64,000 bases of DNA from Octopus sinensis (Eukaryota): NCBI RefSeq assembly GCF_006345805.1, contig NC_043000.1, forward strand, positions 117,180,001 to 117,244,000. Reading direction: 5' to 3'. A program made the position numbers and the translations under genes. The notes beneath the pieces are model-generated. The model saw nothing but the letters and a program-made list of their open reading frames with translations. It ran no database searches and was not told the DNA's origin. Shown one piece after another: positions 1 through 13,800 of the stretch; positions within the stretch are counted from its first letter, which is position 1; each line of letters begins with the position of its first letter.

Positions 1-455
1 CCTAACTACTCCCACATTTTGCGGTGCAGTTTAACCAAATTCGGGTATCTTATAGTCGTGATTCATATCGAGCCCGTCTGGGTATTAGCGCGCGTCTACG
101 ATGATCTACGAGTTTTAAATAATTTAACATAATTTTTTTTTCCATTTTAACGCATATTTTTTCGTGTGTCGATGGCGGCGGAGTTGGCGTCCATGGTCAC
201 ACCTGCACCTCTGTTGCTTCTCCCCCTTCTTCCCTCCCTCGTGAAGGTGTGGGGAAGGAAGTGTAAGGAAATCAACATCGTAAAGCGTTGTCAAGGAGAC
301 AGCGTTCTTTAGAGAACGACTTCATGGCTTGAAGACACCAAACAGAAATGGCTAAGAAGCCCGAATTGGCATCTATAATAAGGAAGTAACTCTCTAAAAT
401 GCTTATATAGTTTTCCCCTTACAAACACGAGCAACGCCGGGCGATACTGCTAGTT
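1..455 (-). mobile_element. End of a probable non-autonomous Helitron-like element, cut by the window edge
   Basis: Minus strand ACTAGCAGTATCGCCCGGCGTTGCTCG resembles the ACTAG...GCCCG termini of non-autonomous rolling-circle elements. This is recalled similarity only. Confidence 0.4.
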
Positions 456-488
456 ATAGATAATCTTAATATTTAAGGGAGGCATAAT

Positions 489-710
489 GTTACAACATTA
501 GCTAGCTATGTGTGGCAATTAAAAGAGGAAGCAACGTCGTTCGAAATTAACAGAAAATTGCTTGAACGAGCTGGACTATACCTGGATGAAATTTGACGTT
601 GCGAGCTTTGATTGCCGGAAAGAAGAATTATTCTCAATAATTCACGCGATCCTAAACTCAAAAGGCGAAATAATAGAATGCTGCCCATGTAAGCAAAAAT
701 TCGCTAATGA
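489..710 (+). mobile_element. Old PLE GIY-YIG C-terminal fragment
   Basis: TTLASYVWQLKEEATSFEINRKLLERAGLY...ILNSKGEIIECCPCKQKF parallels the PLE-B sequence TSLAKYVWELKEKE...LNQRSELMNLCRH. It contains stops and frameshifts. Confidence 0.65.
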
Positions 711-911
711 AACGTGATCATCCCCAGTTCTACAAAAACAAAACAAAAACACACATAAATGTGCAAAACAACTGTCATTGTTAAATATCGACTCACATCA
801 ACTTATGGAAAGTAACGCTTTTTTTCCTCCCGGAAATACAATTTTTCAGTTTCCTTCAGGTATAATTAAACACAGCGAACCACCAGCCAGGTTCATATTA
901 TATATATATTA

Positions 912-971
<60 letters not shown>

Positions 972-1118
972 TACCACAAGAAAAAAAGAGGTTAAGCTCT
1001 TCCCGTCACTATGTCTGAAGACTCGGTATTGCCAAGCGCGTTAGTACGAAACCTTCAATTCCATTCTGACCTGTTACATGCCATACTACTACTCGATATA
1101 TGTAATATATCTATATAT

Positions 1119-1166
<48 letters not shown>

Positions 1167-1167
1167 C

Positions 1168-1229
<62 letters not shown>

Positions 1230-1789
1230 CAGAGACAGACAGACAAATAGACTGATAGGTAGATATATATATGTATAGACACAAACTTATACATATGTAT
1301 ATACTTACACGTATGTGTAAGAGTATGTGTTGATTGTGTGTGTGTATGTGTGTGTGTGTGTGTGTATGTGCGTGTGTGCGTGTGTTTGTGTGTGGCTGCG
1401 TACGTATGTGTAGGTGTTATCCAAGAGAGAATCTTATAGAGATTCATTTAAAATAACTGTATCCTAAAGGTCAGTAATCAAAAATGAAAGACCGATATAT
1501 TTTATGTTTTATTGGCTAAAAGAACACTAAAATAATGAGAAGGTTACTTTAACACCTCTCTGGACATTTCCGAAGACTGCTACGTCGATAAGTATCAAAC
1601 CAGGTCAGCCTAATCTAATTTAATTGCATTGTATCACCGGTATCACCATTGTCTATTCAATGATTAACGTAGCTACGTCTTCGTGTCATTAGACGATGCT
1701 ATAGTCAGTCTCCAGCTTATATGTCTCTATAGATTCCTTTCAAGCACGCACACAAACACACACACCTCATGCTCCTCCCCCGACCACAC

Positions 1790-1849
1790 ACCACCGCATA
1801 CATACATACACGCATACATACATCATACTACATATATATATATATATTA

Positions 1850-1901
<52 letters not shown>

Positions 1902-1910
1902 ATTACATAC

Positions 1911-1956
<46 letters not shown>

Positions 1957-2005
1957 ATATATATATAATATATATGTACATACATATTGTACATTGCGTG
2001 TATAA

Positions 2006-2055
<50 letters not shown>

Positions 2056-2320
2056 TATATATATAAAGCTTTGAGCGTTGTAAAACATCTGCCGGATAAC
2101 AAGCCATTCGCACCGAAAGCATATATATATTATATACACATATTACATACATGCATACATATATCATACATACATACAACACACACCACACACACACACA
2201 TGCATGCACACACACACACACCCGCACCACACACACACACACCACACACACACACAGATCTATATATATATATATATAATATATATATATATTATTATAT
2301 ATATATATATATAGGAATAT
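1790..2320. repeat. Compound (TA)n/(CA)n microsatellite block (representative of dozens in the window)
   Basis: Seen directly. Similar blocks at about 893-1400, 6770-6880, 18540-19160, 46080-46175, 55860-55982 and 59965-60210. Confidence 0.95.
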
Positions 2321-2436
2321 AATACAGTGAGTAATTCATTTTAGTACCACTAAATTGAACTTCTCTCCCCTGTGGACTCTCGGAATAACTTCCCTAATAT
2401 ATATATATATATCTATATTATCCTATATATATATCT

Positions 2437-2473
<37 letters not shown>

Positions 2474-3504
2474 ATAATAATATAAAGATTCTCACTAATC
2501 TTTAGCGGATTAATAGAAGCATCTAATCACATTACTGGATCCATCGCAGTTCATATCGTTAACAATTCATTATCATTTATTCAAGGGATGGAATGTAAAT
2601 TTCGCCTTGATGACATTTGAACTCAGAAAGTGAAGAACCTTAATTCATACTGCAAGATATTTTTTCCCGATTCTCTGACGGTTCTACGAATTCCCCGCCC
2701 GTAATAATAATTTCTCACTAAAGCATTTGGCCAGTACTTTCGTCAGTAGAGAGTTAGTTAAATGCATCGATTCCGGTGCTGGACTGGCGTGTTATTTATT
2801 TTTTTTTACCTCAAAAGCCACAAATGCAAAGTTCATCTCATCACTGGTCATATGTGGCCAGTTGTTTGATTGAGAGTATTATAGACTCGGTTATATAAGT
2901 ATTTGTAATGAGATGTTACTTCGTACTTCAATGTATATTGTCTTGCAAGTAGAACAAAGGAACGACAAATATATTACAGTATAACGACCAAAACCTAAGC
3001 AATGAGATTTGATGCTAGCTCAGAGGAATAGAGAAATGAAGACTTAGTCAAAATAAAGTTTGGAATGACCAAGGTGTCTGGTGATTCGAAGAAAGAGTGG
3101 AATATGGAAAGCAATGGCAACAGCAAGGTGCAAAAACAAGGCTGAGTGCGGGTGAGGAATGTGGTAGGTATTGAGTGAGAAAAAGAGAGAAAGACTCTCT
3201 TTACTCTTTTACTGCTTTACCTATTTCAGTCATTTGACTGCGGCCATGCTGGAGCACCGCCTTTAGTCGAGCAAATCGACCCCAGGACTTAGTCTTAAGA
3301 AGCCTAGTACTTATTCTATCGGTCAGTTTTGCCGAACCGCAAAGTTACAGGGACGTAAGCACACCACCATCGGTTGTCAAGCGATGTTTGGGGGGACAAA
3401 CACAGACACACAAACACACACACACACAACACGGACAAACACAGACCACAAACACACACACACACACACCACACACACACACACATATAATATATATATA
3501 TATA

Positions 3505-3712
3505 TATTGTGTGTGTGTGACTGGTGTTTGTCCCCTCAAACATCGCTTGACAACCGATGGTGGTGTGCTTACGTCCCTGAAACTTTGCGGTTCGGCAAAA
3601 GTGACCGATAGAATAAGTACTAGGCTTCCTAAGACTAAGTCCTGGGGTCGATTTGCTCGACTAAAGGCGGTGCTCCAGCATGGCCGCAGTCAAATGACTG
3701 AAATAAGTATAT

Positions 3713-3745
<33 letters not shown>

Positions 3746-4118
3746 CGACGGGCCTCTTTCAGTTTCCGTCTACCAAATCCAATCACAAGGCTCATTTAAA
3801 AGTAAAACAGGAAATAGGAATCAGTCTAATAAAGCAAAGTAAGTAAAGATTTTGGAACATATAGAACTCAAATCTAGAAATATTGTGTTGCCATGATTGA
3901 CCGCTATCCACAAGTTTTTTTTTCCTTATTCTCTCTCTTTATTTCCTCGTGTTCCTTTCTGTTGAAGAGCATAGGTTCGAAACCTAAAAGTCTTTCTCAC
4001 CCTCCCGAGCGTCAACTAACAATCTACACCTGGTTGTTGCTTATACACCTGTCTTCGTCTTTTGTTTTTTCTGTAAATTTCATATGTGTATATATATATA
4101 CATGCACATATCATACAT

Positions 4119-4154
<36 letters not shown>

Positions 4155-4185
4155 CACACACACACATACACACACACATATATAT

Positions 4186-4242
<57 letters not shown>

Positions 4243-4835
4243 ACTGTGTTTGTCCCCAAACCTCGCTTGACAACCGATGGTGGTGTGCTTACGTCCCTAA
4301 ACTTTGCGGTTCGGCAAAGTGACCGCTAGAATAGTACTAGGCTTCCTAAGACTAAGTCCTGGGGTCGATTTGCTCGACTAAAGGCGGTGCTCCAGCCATG
4401 GCCGCAGTCAAATGACTGAAATAAGTATATATATATATAATATATTATATACATATACATATACGAACGGGGCCTCTTTCAGTTTCCGTCTACCAATCCA
4501 ATCACAAGGCTCATTTAAAAGTAAAACAGGAAATAGGAATCAGTCTAATAAAGCAAAGTAATAAAGATTTTGGAACATATAGAACTCAAATCTAGAAATA
4601 TTGTGTTGCCATGATTGACCGCTATCCCCAATGTTTTTTTTTTCCTTATTCTCTCTCTTTATTTCCTCGTGTTCCTTTCTGTTGAAGAGCATAGTTCGAA
4701 ACCTAAAGCTTTCTCACCCTCCCGAGCGTCAAACTAATACACCTGGTTGTTGCTTATACACCTGTCTTCGTCTTTTTTTTTCTGTAAATTTCATATGTGT
4801 ATATATATTATACATGCATACATACATACATACAT

Positions 4836-4870
<35 letters not shown>

Positions 4871-4883
4871 ACCACACACACAT

Positions 4884-4924
<41 letters not shown>

Positions 4925-4960
4925 TATATATATATATAATAATAATATATGTATATATAT
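3505..4960 (+). repeat. About 725-bp direct tandem duplication (SINE C part, HHR-like cassette, microsatellites)
   Basis: 3510-4230 is repeated at 4235-4960. The second copy differs mainly by 1-nt indels. Confidence 0.85.
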
Positions 4961-5404
4961 ATACATATATGGAATGTGGATCTCAATTTGATATTTACCC
5001 TTTTTCTGTTTCAAGATTCACTTTCTAAAAAGAAAATTATTTCACGTTCAAAAGTTTATTAATTTTTATGGCGTCAACAACATGTGCGTGTGCATATATG
5101 TATGCGTGTGTTTGTTTGTGTGTGTATGTGTGTTTGTATGCGTGTGTGCATAATGAATGCGCACACACGCGCGCGCGCGTGAATGAAAGAACTAAAGAAC
5201 GAAAGATCATATTCATATCATGATTCATTTGCATACATAAGTTTCAGTTGATTAAATGAGCCGTGCTCAATATACATTGTGTTTGGCATGCTTAATCAGT
5301 CCACTAACTGGTTGATTAATCAGCTACCATTCATGCCATTCTTTTCCTTTTTCAAATATACCCAACTGTACCAAGTATTTCACATATTTTTCATTATATA
5401 TATA

Positions 5405-6533
5405 CAGGTGTTGGACAAAATAAAGGAAGCTTCTTAAAATTTCAAACAAATTTATTCTAACATGGGGTAGGACCGCCTTTGGCAGTAATTACAGCTTGAA
5501 TTCTACGAGATATAGGGACTCGTACAAAGTTTGAATTGTTTCCAAAGGAATTTTTCTCCATTCTTCAGCTAGAACAGTCTCCAGTTCTTGTAGTGATGAT
5601 GGTCGACTCCTTATTTGCTTTTCTAAAATGCACCATAAATGTTCAATAATATGGAGATCTGGGGACTGTGGTGGCCAGATAAGATGTTCATCTTCACTAG
5701 AATGTTCCTCATGCCATTCAGTAACAACTTTAGCTTTGTGAATTGGTGCATTATCATCCTGAAAGATTGCGTTTCCCTCCGGAAACAGTTCCGCAACAAT
5801 AGGATGAATTTGATCAGTTAAAATACTTAACTATTAATTCTGTCTTGGCTATTAATTCTGCCATGAAAGGAAACCATTGGGCCGGCGGATTTCCAAGATA
5901 TAGCCCCAGCCCCACCCCTAGATCATCACAAATCCTCCTCCATGTTTCACAGTTTGAAGAAGGCAGTCTGGGTCTTTTGGTTGTCTCCACACGCATACTC
6001 GGTCGGTGGTCAGAAATAAGGTAAAGAATGACTCGTCTAAGAAAATAACATTCTTCCACTGCTCTAGGGACCAATTATGTAGGTTTTTACTTCATTCTGA
6101 ACGCTTTTGTGATCATTTCTAACAATTCGCGTAAGAGTCCGATGATATTTATCTGATAGTTTTGGTTTTCTTCCGGAGTTTTGTTTGGACGAGGAGGTTT
6201 TTTTCCCTCTTTCTCAAAGGCTGTCATTACTTTCGAGTCAGTACGTTTTGATACACCAAACATTTCAGCTGTTTTCGCTACGCTAGCGCCTGTCATACGA
6301 GCACCAACAATTTTACCTCTTTGAAAGTTCGAGAGATCTGTCATTTTAATGAATATCAATTACCTTTTTCTGATGATATCTGAAAAGAAACAGCAATTTT
6401 ATCAAAACATATTAAGCAACACTAATAATAAATCAAAAAACATAAAAATAAACAAGCTTTTGACGGTTTTATAGATATTTCAAAATTATGATACTATGAT
6501 GCTAGGTTTTGCCATTACTTTGTACAACCCCTG
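5405..6533 (-). mobile_element. Tc1-like DNA transposon, decayed but with both ends
   Basis: Imperfect TIRs CAGGTGTTGGACAAAATAA and CAGGGGTTGTACAAAGTAA, flanked by TA. HTH fragment (ORF 6087-6359) and the WPPQSPDLHIIEHLW motif near 5630-5680. Confidence 0.88.
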
Positions 6534-6774
6534 TATATATATATAAATAGATATCCAAATCGTCTTATCATGTAGAATATGTTCTCAAATTTCTACCATC
6601 ATTATTTAATATATAGCAGCAGCTGTGTGGTAAGTAGCTTGCTTACCAAGCACATGGCTCGAGGTTCAGTCCCACTAGGTGGCACCTTGGACGAGTGTCT
6701 TCTACTATAGGTTCGGGCGGACCAAAACCTTGTGAGTGGATTTGGTAGACTGAAACTGAAAGCCCATCGTATAT

Positions 6775-6884
<110 letters not shown>

Positions 6885-6911
6885 TAAATGTGCCAAAAGT
6901 GCTTAAAATAT

Positions 6912-7441
6912 TAAGGCGGCGAGCTGGCAGAAACGTTAGCACGCCGGGCGAAATGCTTAGCGGTATTCCGTCTGCCGCTACGTTCTGAGTTCAAATTCGC
7001 CGAGGTTGACTTTGCCTTTCATCCTTTCGAGGTCGATTAAATAAGTACCAGTTACGCACTGGGGTCGATGTAATCGACTTAATCCGTTTCTCTGTCCTTG
7101 TTTGTCCTCTCTGTGCTTAGCCCCTTGTGGGTAGTAAAGAAATATGTATTTCGTCTGCCGTTACGTTCTGAGTTCAAATTCTGCCGAGGTTGACTTTGCC
7201 CTTCATCCTTTCAGGGTCGATAAATTAAGTACCAGTTACGCACTGGGGTCGATGTAATCGACTTAATCCCTTTTTTGTCGATTACATCGACCCCAATGCT
7301 CAACCGTTACTTATTCTATTGAGCACGAATGGACGAAAAGCAAGGTCGACTTCAGCGGAATTTGAACTCAGAACGTAAAGACGGATTAAATGCCGCTAAG
7401 CCTTTTTCCCGGCGTGCTAACAAGCCTACCAATCACCGCCT
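6912..7441. mobile_element. SINE A dimer (+) followed by an inverted SINE A copy
   Basis: Full head at 6912, junction AAAGAAATAT|GTATTTCG at 7145/7146, and a reverse copy from about 7277. Confidence 0.85.
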
Positions 7442-7510
7442 TTCTTCTATCTATAAATATTAACATTCCATGAATAAAAATGTTTCATCTGTATCACTGT
7501 GAAGTATATT

Positions 7511-7751
7511 TGCCACATAAATGTGGCTAACCACTAAGGGTGGATGCTACTGTAGCTTGTAGCCCCAGGAGAACATCTTCTCCAGCTGGATATTGACACA
7601 CTTTCTGTGTCCTATCAGTATTTGCAAAGGGAAGCCATCCTTCCCATCGTCGACCCGACGTGATAAACATAGACCCTGGTTTCTGAGTATTTTCCTGTCG
7701 TCAGCGCACGACAATCACCGGTTAGCCATGGTTAGCCACATTTAAGTGGCA
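7511..7751. mobile_element. MITE with about 23-bp TIRs
   Basis: TGCCACATAAATGTGGCTAACCA at the left end and TGGTTAGCCACATTTAAGTGGCA at the right end. Confidence 0.75.
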
Positions 7752-8524
7752 TATATAATTCACATTGTCCTGCAGCTACTGTTTAAACCTCGTTCAGAGA
7801 TTTATTATTATCTGTATCACTATTTTCTGTGTAATCAAGTGCTTACGCTACTTACAACACAAAATTATTCAAAAGGCGTTACTACTCTAAACCACAGGAA
7901 TTTTATTAATATCTGTCATTTCGTTCTCATGACAAGTATCAGAAGGGGTCCATATTTTTATGAAATATCTTCGTACTGGAACAATATCCAACTGTAAATA
8001 GTTTTGTTGTCCAAGTCCCATGAATTCGCTTTAAAGATTCTACTTAAAAAATAAATGCGTTTTTGTTTCAGATATATTAATATTTATAATCATAAACATG
8101 CCATTCCCCTCTGTATCACTATATCTTCTTCTCTGGTTTTCATGATATAAGATATAAGCTATGTTCCTGATCTTTGTAGATTTAAATCCCTTTAATGTAT
8201 ACAAACTTAACCGAATATACAAATGCAGAAATCGTAATTTAAAGTATCTGCATTTATTAGCATCATCCGTTGAAAACTCTACGATATTGCGATCGTCTTA
8301 AAGGCAGAGTTCCGTCAAGAGAATGGCACATAAAATATATTATGAACATTTACCTATGTTTTTGTGAAAACCGATCTTTATCGCGTCAGGGAAAATTTGA
8401 AGTTTGACTGTTGTTCTCTTCTAAATCTCGTTAGTAATTCATTTTCGTTGCGGGTTCTAATAAAAATGAAAACTAAAGTGTTTTCTTGTTGTCCGAGATA
8501 TAGGTACACTTCGTATATATATAT

Positions 8525-9155
8525 GTTGAACAATGCTGTTCCGTACCGAACAATATTACTGCTCTTTTTAACCCCAGGAGGACACCTCCTCCAGCTGGTT
8601 AGTGGCACAAAACTGTATGAGCAAAGGAGAAAACCCCTCCCAACCAGCAGTGACAGGACCAGTAGACTAGAACTGGTTTTGGGGTTCTACTCTTCTTCAG
8701 TAGTCGACATTTGTCTGCTAGACATGGCAGCCGTTCGTCCCAGTTCGCAACATATAAAAATAAGCAACATTGTTCTGTACGTGACTACCACGTTGAAGTG
8801 GCAAGAAATATTACTTTTCAGTAGAGTTACTACTTAATCTGTTATAGAGATCTTAGAGCTATCTACTTTGCTTGTTGCAAAATCAGCGGCTGAAAATCGC
8901 TTATTTTTTATATATTGTGAACTGGGACGAAAGACTGCCGTGTCTGGCAGACAGGTGTCCAGTACTGAGGAAGACCCTGAAACGAGTTCTGGTCTACTGG
9001 TCCTGTTACCACTGGATGGTGGGGGGGGGGGGTCCCTGCATGTAATATATTGGATACAGTTTTGTGTCGTTAATCAGCTGGAGGCGGTATCCTCCTGGGG
9101 TTAAAAAGAGTAGTAACAGTGTTCTGTATGGAACGGCATTGTTGAAGTGGCAACA
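8525..9155. mobile_element. MITE-like element with about 160-bp imperfect inverted ends
   Basis: 8530-8690 is the diverged reverse complement of 8985-9150. It shares CCCCAGGAG...CTCCAGCTGG with the 7511 MITE. Confidence 0.7.
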
Positions 9156-9399
9156 AACACTACTTGTATGTATGTATGTATGTATGTATGAATGTATGTA
9201 TGTATGTATGTATAAAAGTTCTATTTCTTACAAAATATTTTGTTACTAACACCATACAAATTATTTTTATCTTTTACAATTTATGCAGAATTTATTTCTC
9301 TTTCGAATGATGCAGACAATAACTATTTCTATACAACTTGAAGAATTCTAATGCTAAATAAATATAAACGTTTCAAATTTACCGGCAAAATTAGTTTAA

Positions 9400-10085
9400 G
9401 ACCGTATCATTGTAGCAAAAATGAGCAACAAGAACGAAATACATATTAGTACTTTGTGTTGTAGCCTTCATTCTTAATAACTAGTGAACAATGCCTCGGC
9501 ATTGAATTCGCTAAGTGATTACAAAATTCTATGGGAATGTTTTGCCATATTTTATTGATATATTCGAACAATTCTTTTAGATTAGATGGTTGTTTAGCAT
9601 GTACATTTTTGGAAACATAATTTCACAAGTTCTTGATCGGATTCAGGTCCGGTCTCTGGGGAAGCCATGCGATTACATCAATATTATGGTGATCAAAAAA
9701 TTCCATAACCATTTTGGCTTTGTGCACAGGACTATGGTCCTGCTAATAAATAGCCCCCGGAGGCATTTGTTGAGTCAAATATGGCACATTATCCTTTAGT
9801 AGATTCATATAATCTACACTATTTAGCTTTCCATCAACTTTAACTAGAGGGCCAACACCAAAGCTACTAAATGCCACCCACACCATCACCCCACTCCCTG
9901 TCTTTTTCACGCATTTCGGATGGAATTCCTCGGTTGGGCGACGTCAGACGTATGTTTTACCATTTGATCCAAATACACAGAAGCGTGACTCGTCACTCCA
10001 AAGGACCTTGCACCAGTCTTCGGCAGTCCATTGAGCATGGCATTTTGCAAAATTAATGCGTTTGAGTCGATTTCTTTCGGATATT
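9400..10085 (-). mobile_element. Tc1-like transposase fragment
   Basis: Minus-strand remnants GSGVMVWVAFSSFGVG (about 9850-9910) and WLPQRPDLNPIKNL (about 9625-9670). Limits are approximate. Confidence 0.7.
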
Positions 10086-10164
10086 ATTGCCTTTTTCCTA
10101 TCGATAGAAAGACAGATAGATAGACCAGTAGATAGCTAAACCAATAGATAGATAGATGGGTAGG

Positions 10165-10314
<150 letters not shown>

Positions 10315-10715
10315 CGTTTATATATTTGTTGGGCAATATTTTTTATGTGAAATCGTGTGTTGAAACAGATATTGTTGTATTTCGGAATGGTCATTTTGCC
10401 AGTTTAGCCAATAAAAACACACACACTATATATTTGGTGTTACTTTGCTTCAGTATTCGGCCAGAGTTCTTTCGTCACACTCGTGTGACTGCATCAGTGG
10501 TCCTTTGCTTTCTTCTTTCTTATTTGTGTGCCTCTCCTTACTAACCGTAAGATAGATAGATAACTTTTTATTGTGTCCACACTGGGCTAAACACAGAATA
10601 AAAATGGACGAAATACAGTGTAGAGTGTTTTTCTTTTCGAGGTGGGATGGGTGGGACATACAAAGAAAAAAAAAGGTTCGATCAATAGGGATCTGTGGGT
10701 TGTGTGGAGAATAAA

Positions 10716-10773
<58 letters not shown>

Positions 10774-10891
10774 GTTGACAGTTTAGGTGTAGCCCTGGAA
10801 AGAAAAACATACAAAAAAGACCAAGGTCACCTCAGACAGTTCGAAAATGAACACATGAGTAAGTCGCCTTACCTCTCGTTGTCTCTTTTGG

Positions 10892-13800
10892 TCACAGATT
10901 TACGCTTAAAATAGTGTCGTCTTTCATACTGACTATTTTTGCCACTTTTACCCACTTTTTATTAAAACATTCGTTCGACAAAGCCTTCCTCTCTATTCTC
11001 ATCCTCCTTTTCAAGTGGTACTTGAAAAGGTTGACGAGAGACTGACCAGAGAGGAAGGTGTTTGTTTGCAGTCCTTTCAAACGCATCCACCACACACATT
11101 CTTTCGCCATAGCCATCAGCGTAACGAAAACCGTTTTCCCTTCCCGTTTAAAGGAAGGTGGAGGAACAATATTCACGATAGACTCGGCCGATAAGCGGGC
11201 CCGTCCTACACGCGACAACAGCTGTTCAACGAAGGTCCACAGCTCTGAAATATCTGGACACTGCATGAGTGCGTGCAGAACGGTTTCGTCGCTCTGACCG
11301 CATCTCGGGCAGGTCGGTCCGGTGATGGTTTTCGAACCGTGCCTATAGCTCTTCTCTCGAACAGGTAGTGCGTCTCGATAGTATTGCCAAGCCAGGGATT
11401 TCTGGAAGTTATCCATAGGCCCCGGCCCGAACGTCGTCCTGAACAGGCGGGTTAGGAATTTCTCGTCGACGCCCAGGTTTGTCCCGAGTGTGTCGTCGGA
11501 CCTCCCCTCCACTAGTCCTCTATAGAACGTTTTAGTCGTTTGTAAGTTGCACAAGTTTGACCCCGGTCGGCAGAGCTGCTGTAGAGCTTGGCGACACTCT
11601 CGGTGCCAATCGCCCAGTTTCGGTCTCTTCCTGATCCACGTTTGCAGTTCGGTCAGCGAGACGAGCTGCAGGAAGGCGCGCCTCACAAACGGCGCCCACA
11701 CCTGTTCACCGTCATCGATGAAGTTCCGGAGATGTCGCAGTCTCAGCGCATGCCTGCGCATCATCAACCACGGCATGCCTAGTCCTCCATTCAACGGATA
11801 TTGACAGCAAATGGACCTCCTTACCATTGGAACGCCACCCTTCCACAGGAAGCGGAAGAGTATGCGTTCCAGTTTGGTGATGGTGGCGTCGGGACAAGGC
11901 ACGACGAGGTAATCGATGACGGATGCGATGTACGCGTTCGCCACCTCCGCCCGACCTTTTAGAGACAGCTTTCTCTCGGCCCATGTTTGGCCGAGAGCGA
12001 CCACTCTACTCGTGATCTCGTCCCAGTTCTTATCCATTTGGAGGTCCGGACTGAACCAGACCCCGAGCAATTTAACCGGTCCGTCCGTCCAGCGTCCCAC
12101 TACTGAGCCGCAGTCAGACGGCATGGGCTTGCTTCTCCAGGTGCCGAGTAGCAAACCCACTGACTTTTCCGGGTTAATCTTCGCTCCCGTCACCGTTTCG
12201 TATTTTCTTAGTGTCTCGCCTATCATCTGGATGTGTTTTTCGCTCGACACTATGACGGTGACATCGTCCGCATATGCCGACACGCTCGTCCCGCAACCCA
12301 GTTCCTGTGGGATGCCCCTCAGTGTCGCCAGCTTCCGCAGTAGCGGCTCGAGAGTCAATACATACAGAAGCGCCGACAGGGGACACCCCTGACAGACCGA
12401 ACGCGTGATGTCAAACGGTTTCGACAGGTGGCCGTTCACCCGAATCACCGATCGGATGCCGCTATACAAGGCAGCGATCCAACCGCGGAAGACGGGACCG
12501 AAGCCAGCCGCCCTGAGGACGGCCGCCAAATACCGATGGTCGACCCTATCGAAGGCTTTAGACTGATCCAAATTGATCAGAGCCCCACCCATACCAGGAT
12601 CCTTAACTACTCTGTCCACAATGTAGCGCATCGGATGGAGGTTGTCATGTATGGTTCTGCCCGGCACGGCGCATGTTTGCGCCCTGTCGACCAGTTTACC
12701 AATGACAAGCGCCAACCTCTCGGCTAATACTTTAGCCAAAATGTTCAAATCTGCGTTGAGAAGAGTGATGGGCCTGAAATTATCTATAAAATTCTCCTTG
12801 TTTGGGTCTTTCTTCAGCAACGTCACTGCACCTCGGCTCTAAAAACCGGGGATTCTCCCGTTTTGTTGCCAGTTGCAGTAAACTGATGCCAAGAGGTCGC
12901 CAAACAAGTCTGGCATTTGACAATACAGCTCGTAGGGTAAACCATCCAATCCAGATGACTTATCCCTCGCGCAGCCCGCCATCGCATCCCGCACGTCAGC
13001 AGCTGTGATGAGACTTTCACAACACTCCGCTTCTCTTGCCGAGAGCCGCGGCAGGTCGGTCAGGTAGGCACTGAAATCCATCCCGCGTTCCGACCCACCA
13101 CTCGCACCAAACAGTCGAGCAAAGTGCTGTTGAAAGGCCTCACACATCCTTTGGGGTTCGAGTAAACTGCATCCCTATTGATCTATTAGAGACCGAATGG
13201 TGGCTCTGTTGCCACGCTGCGCCTCCGCTACCCGGACCTCTCGCGCAGCTTCGATCCCTTCGTTCCTTAAGGCACACGTTTTAGCTCTGACGACGCAACC
13301 CTCGTGCTTGGCGTTGAGGGCCATCCTCGCAGCCAGCACGCTGGTTGCGCTGCCAGTGGTAAGTGCCTCTTGTAGTTTCTTAACCAGGTCTCCCTCTACT
13401 CTATTTCGATCTATCGCTAATTCCTTGCTAAACCTAATTGATTCCGATTTTATTGCCATTTTCAGGGCGAACCACCAGCGGTTGTTAACGACAGCTCCCG
13501 TCAGCGCCCTCTTAATTAACTCGCTAATCCGGTTCCTGTAAACCTGTCGCGCTAAGAGCGACGTGTTCAGTTTCCAGTAACCTATTTCTTTACTACCCAC
13601 AAGGGGCTAAACACAGAAGGGACAAACAAGGACAGACAAACGGATTAAATCGATTACATCGACCCAGTGCGTAACTGGTACTTATTTAATCGACCCCGAA
13701 AGGATGAAAGGCAAAGTCGACCTCGGTGGAATTTGAACTCAGAACGTAGTGACAGACGAAATACGGCTACGCATTTCGCCCGGCGTGCTAACGTTTCTGC

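Noticed and set aside
1012-1060. CUGAAGA...GAAAC on +
   Set aside because: No stem III with a GUH triplet and no stem I. Similar near-misses at about 1570-1700, 19505-19550, 41975-42020, 54735-54815 and 61110 were rejected for the same reasons.
778-5234. Many ORFs rich in IY/YI, HT/TH, CV/VC, RE or LSIY (also at 18.3-19.2, 49-50.5, 59.2-60.3 kb and elsewhere)
   Set aside because: They are translations of (TA)n, (CA)n, (GA)n, (GATA)n and trinucleotide tracts, which lack stop codons in some frames. No protein signal.
11058-12842. Plus-strand ORFs overlapping the LINE RT
   Set aside because: They are antisense shadows of a GC-richer coding region and have no recognisable motifs.
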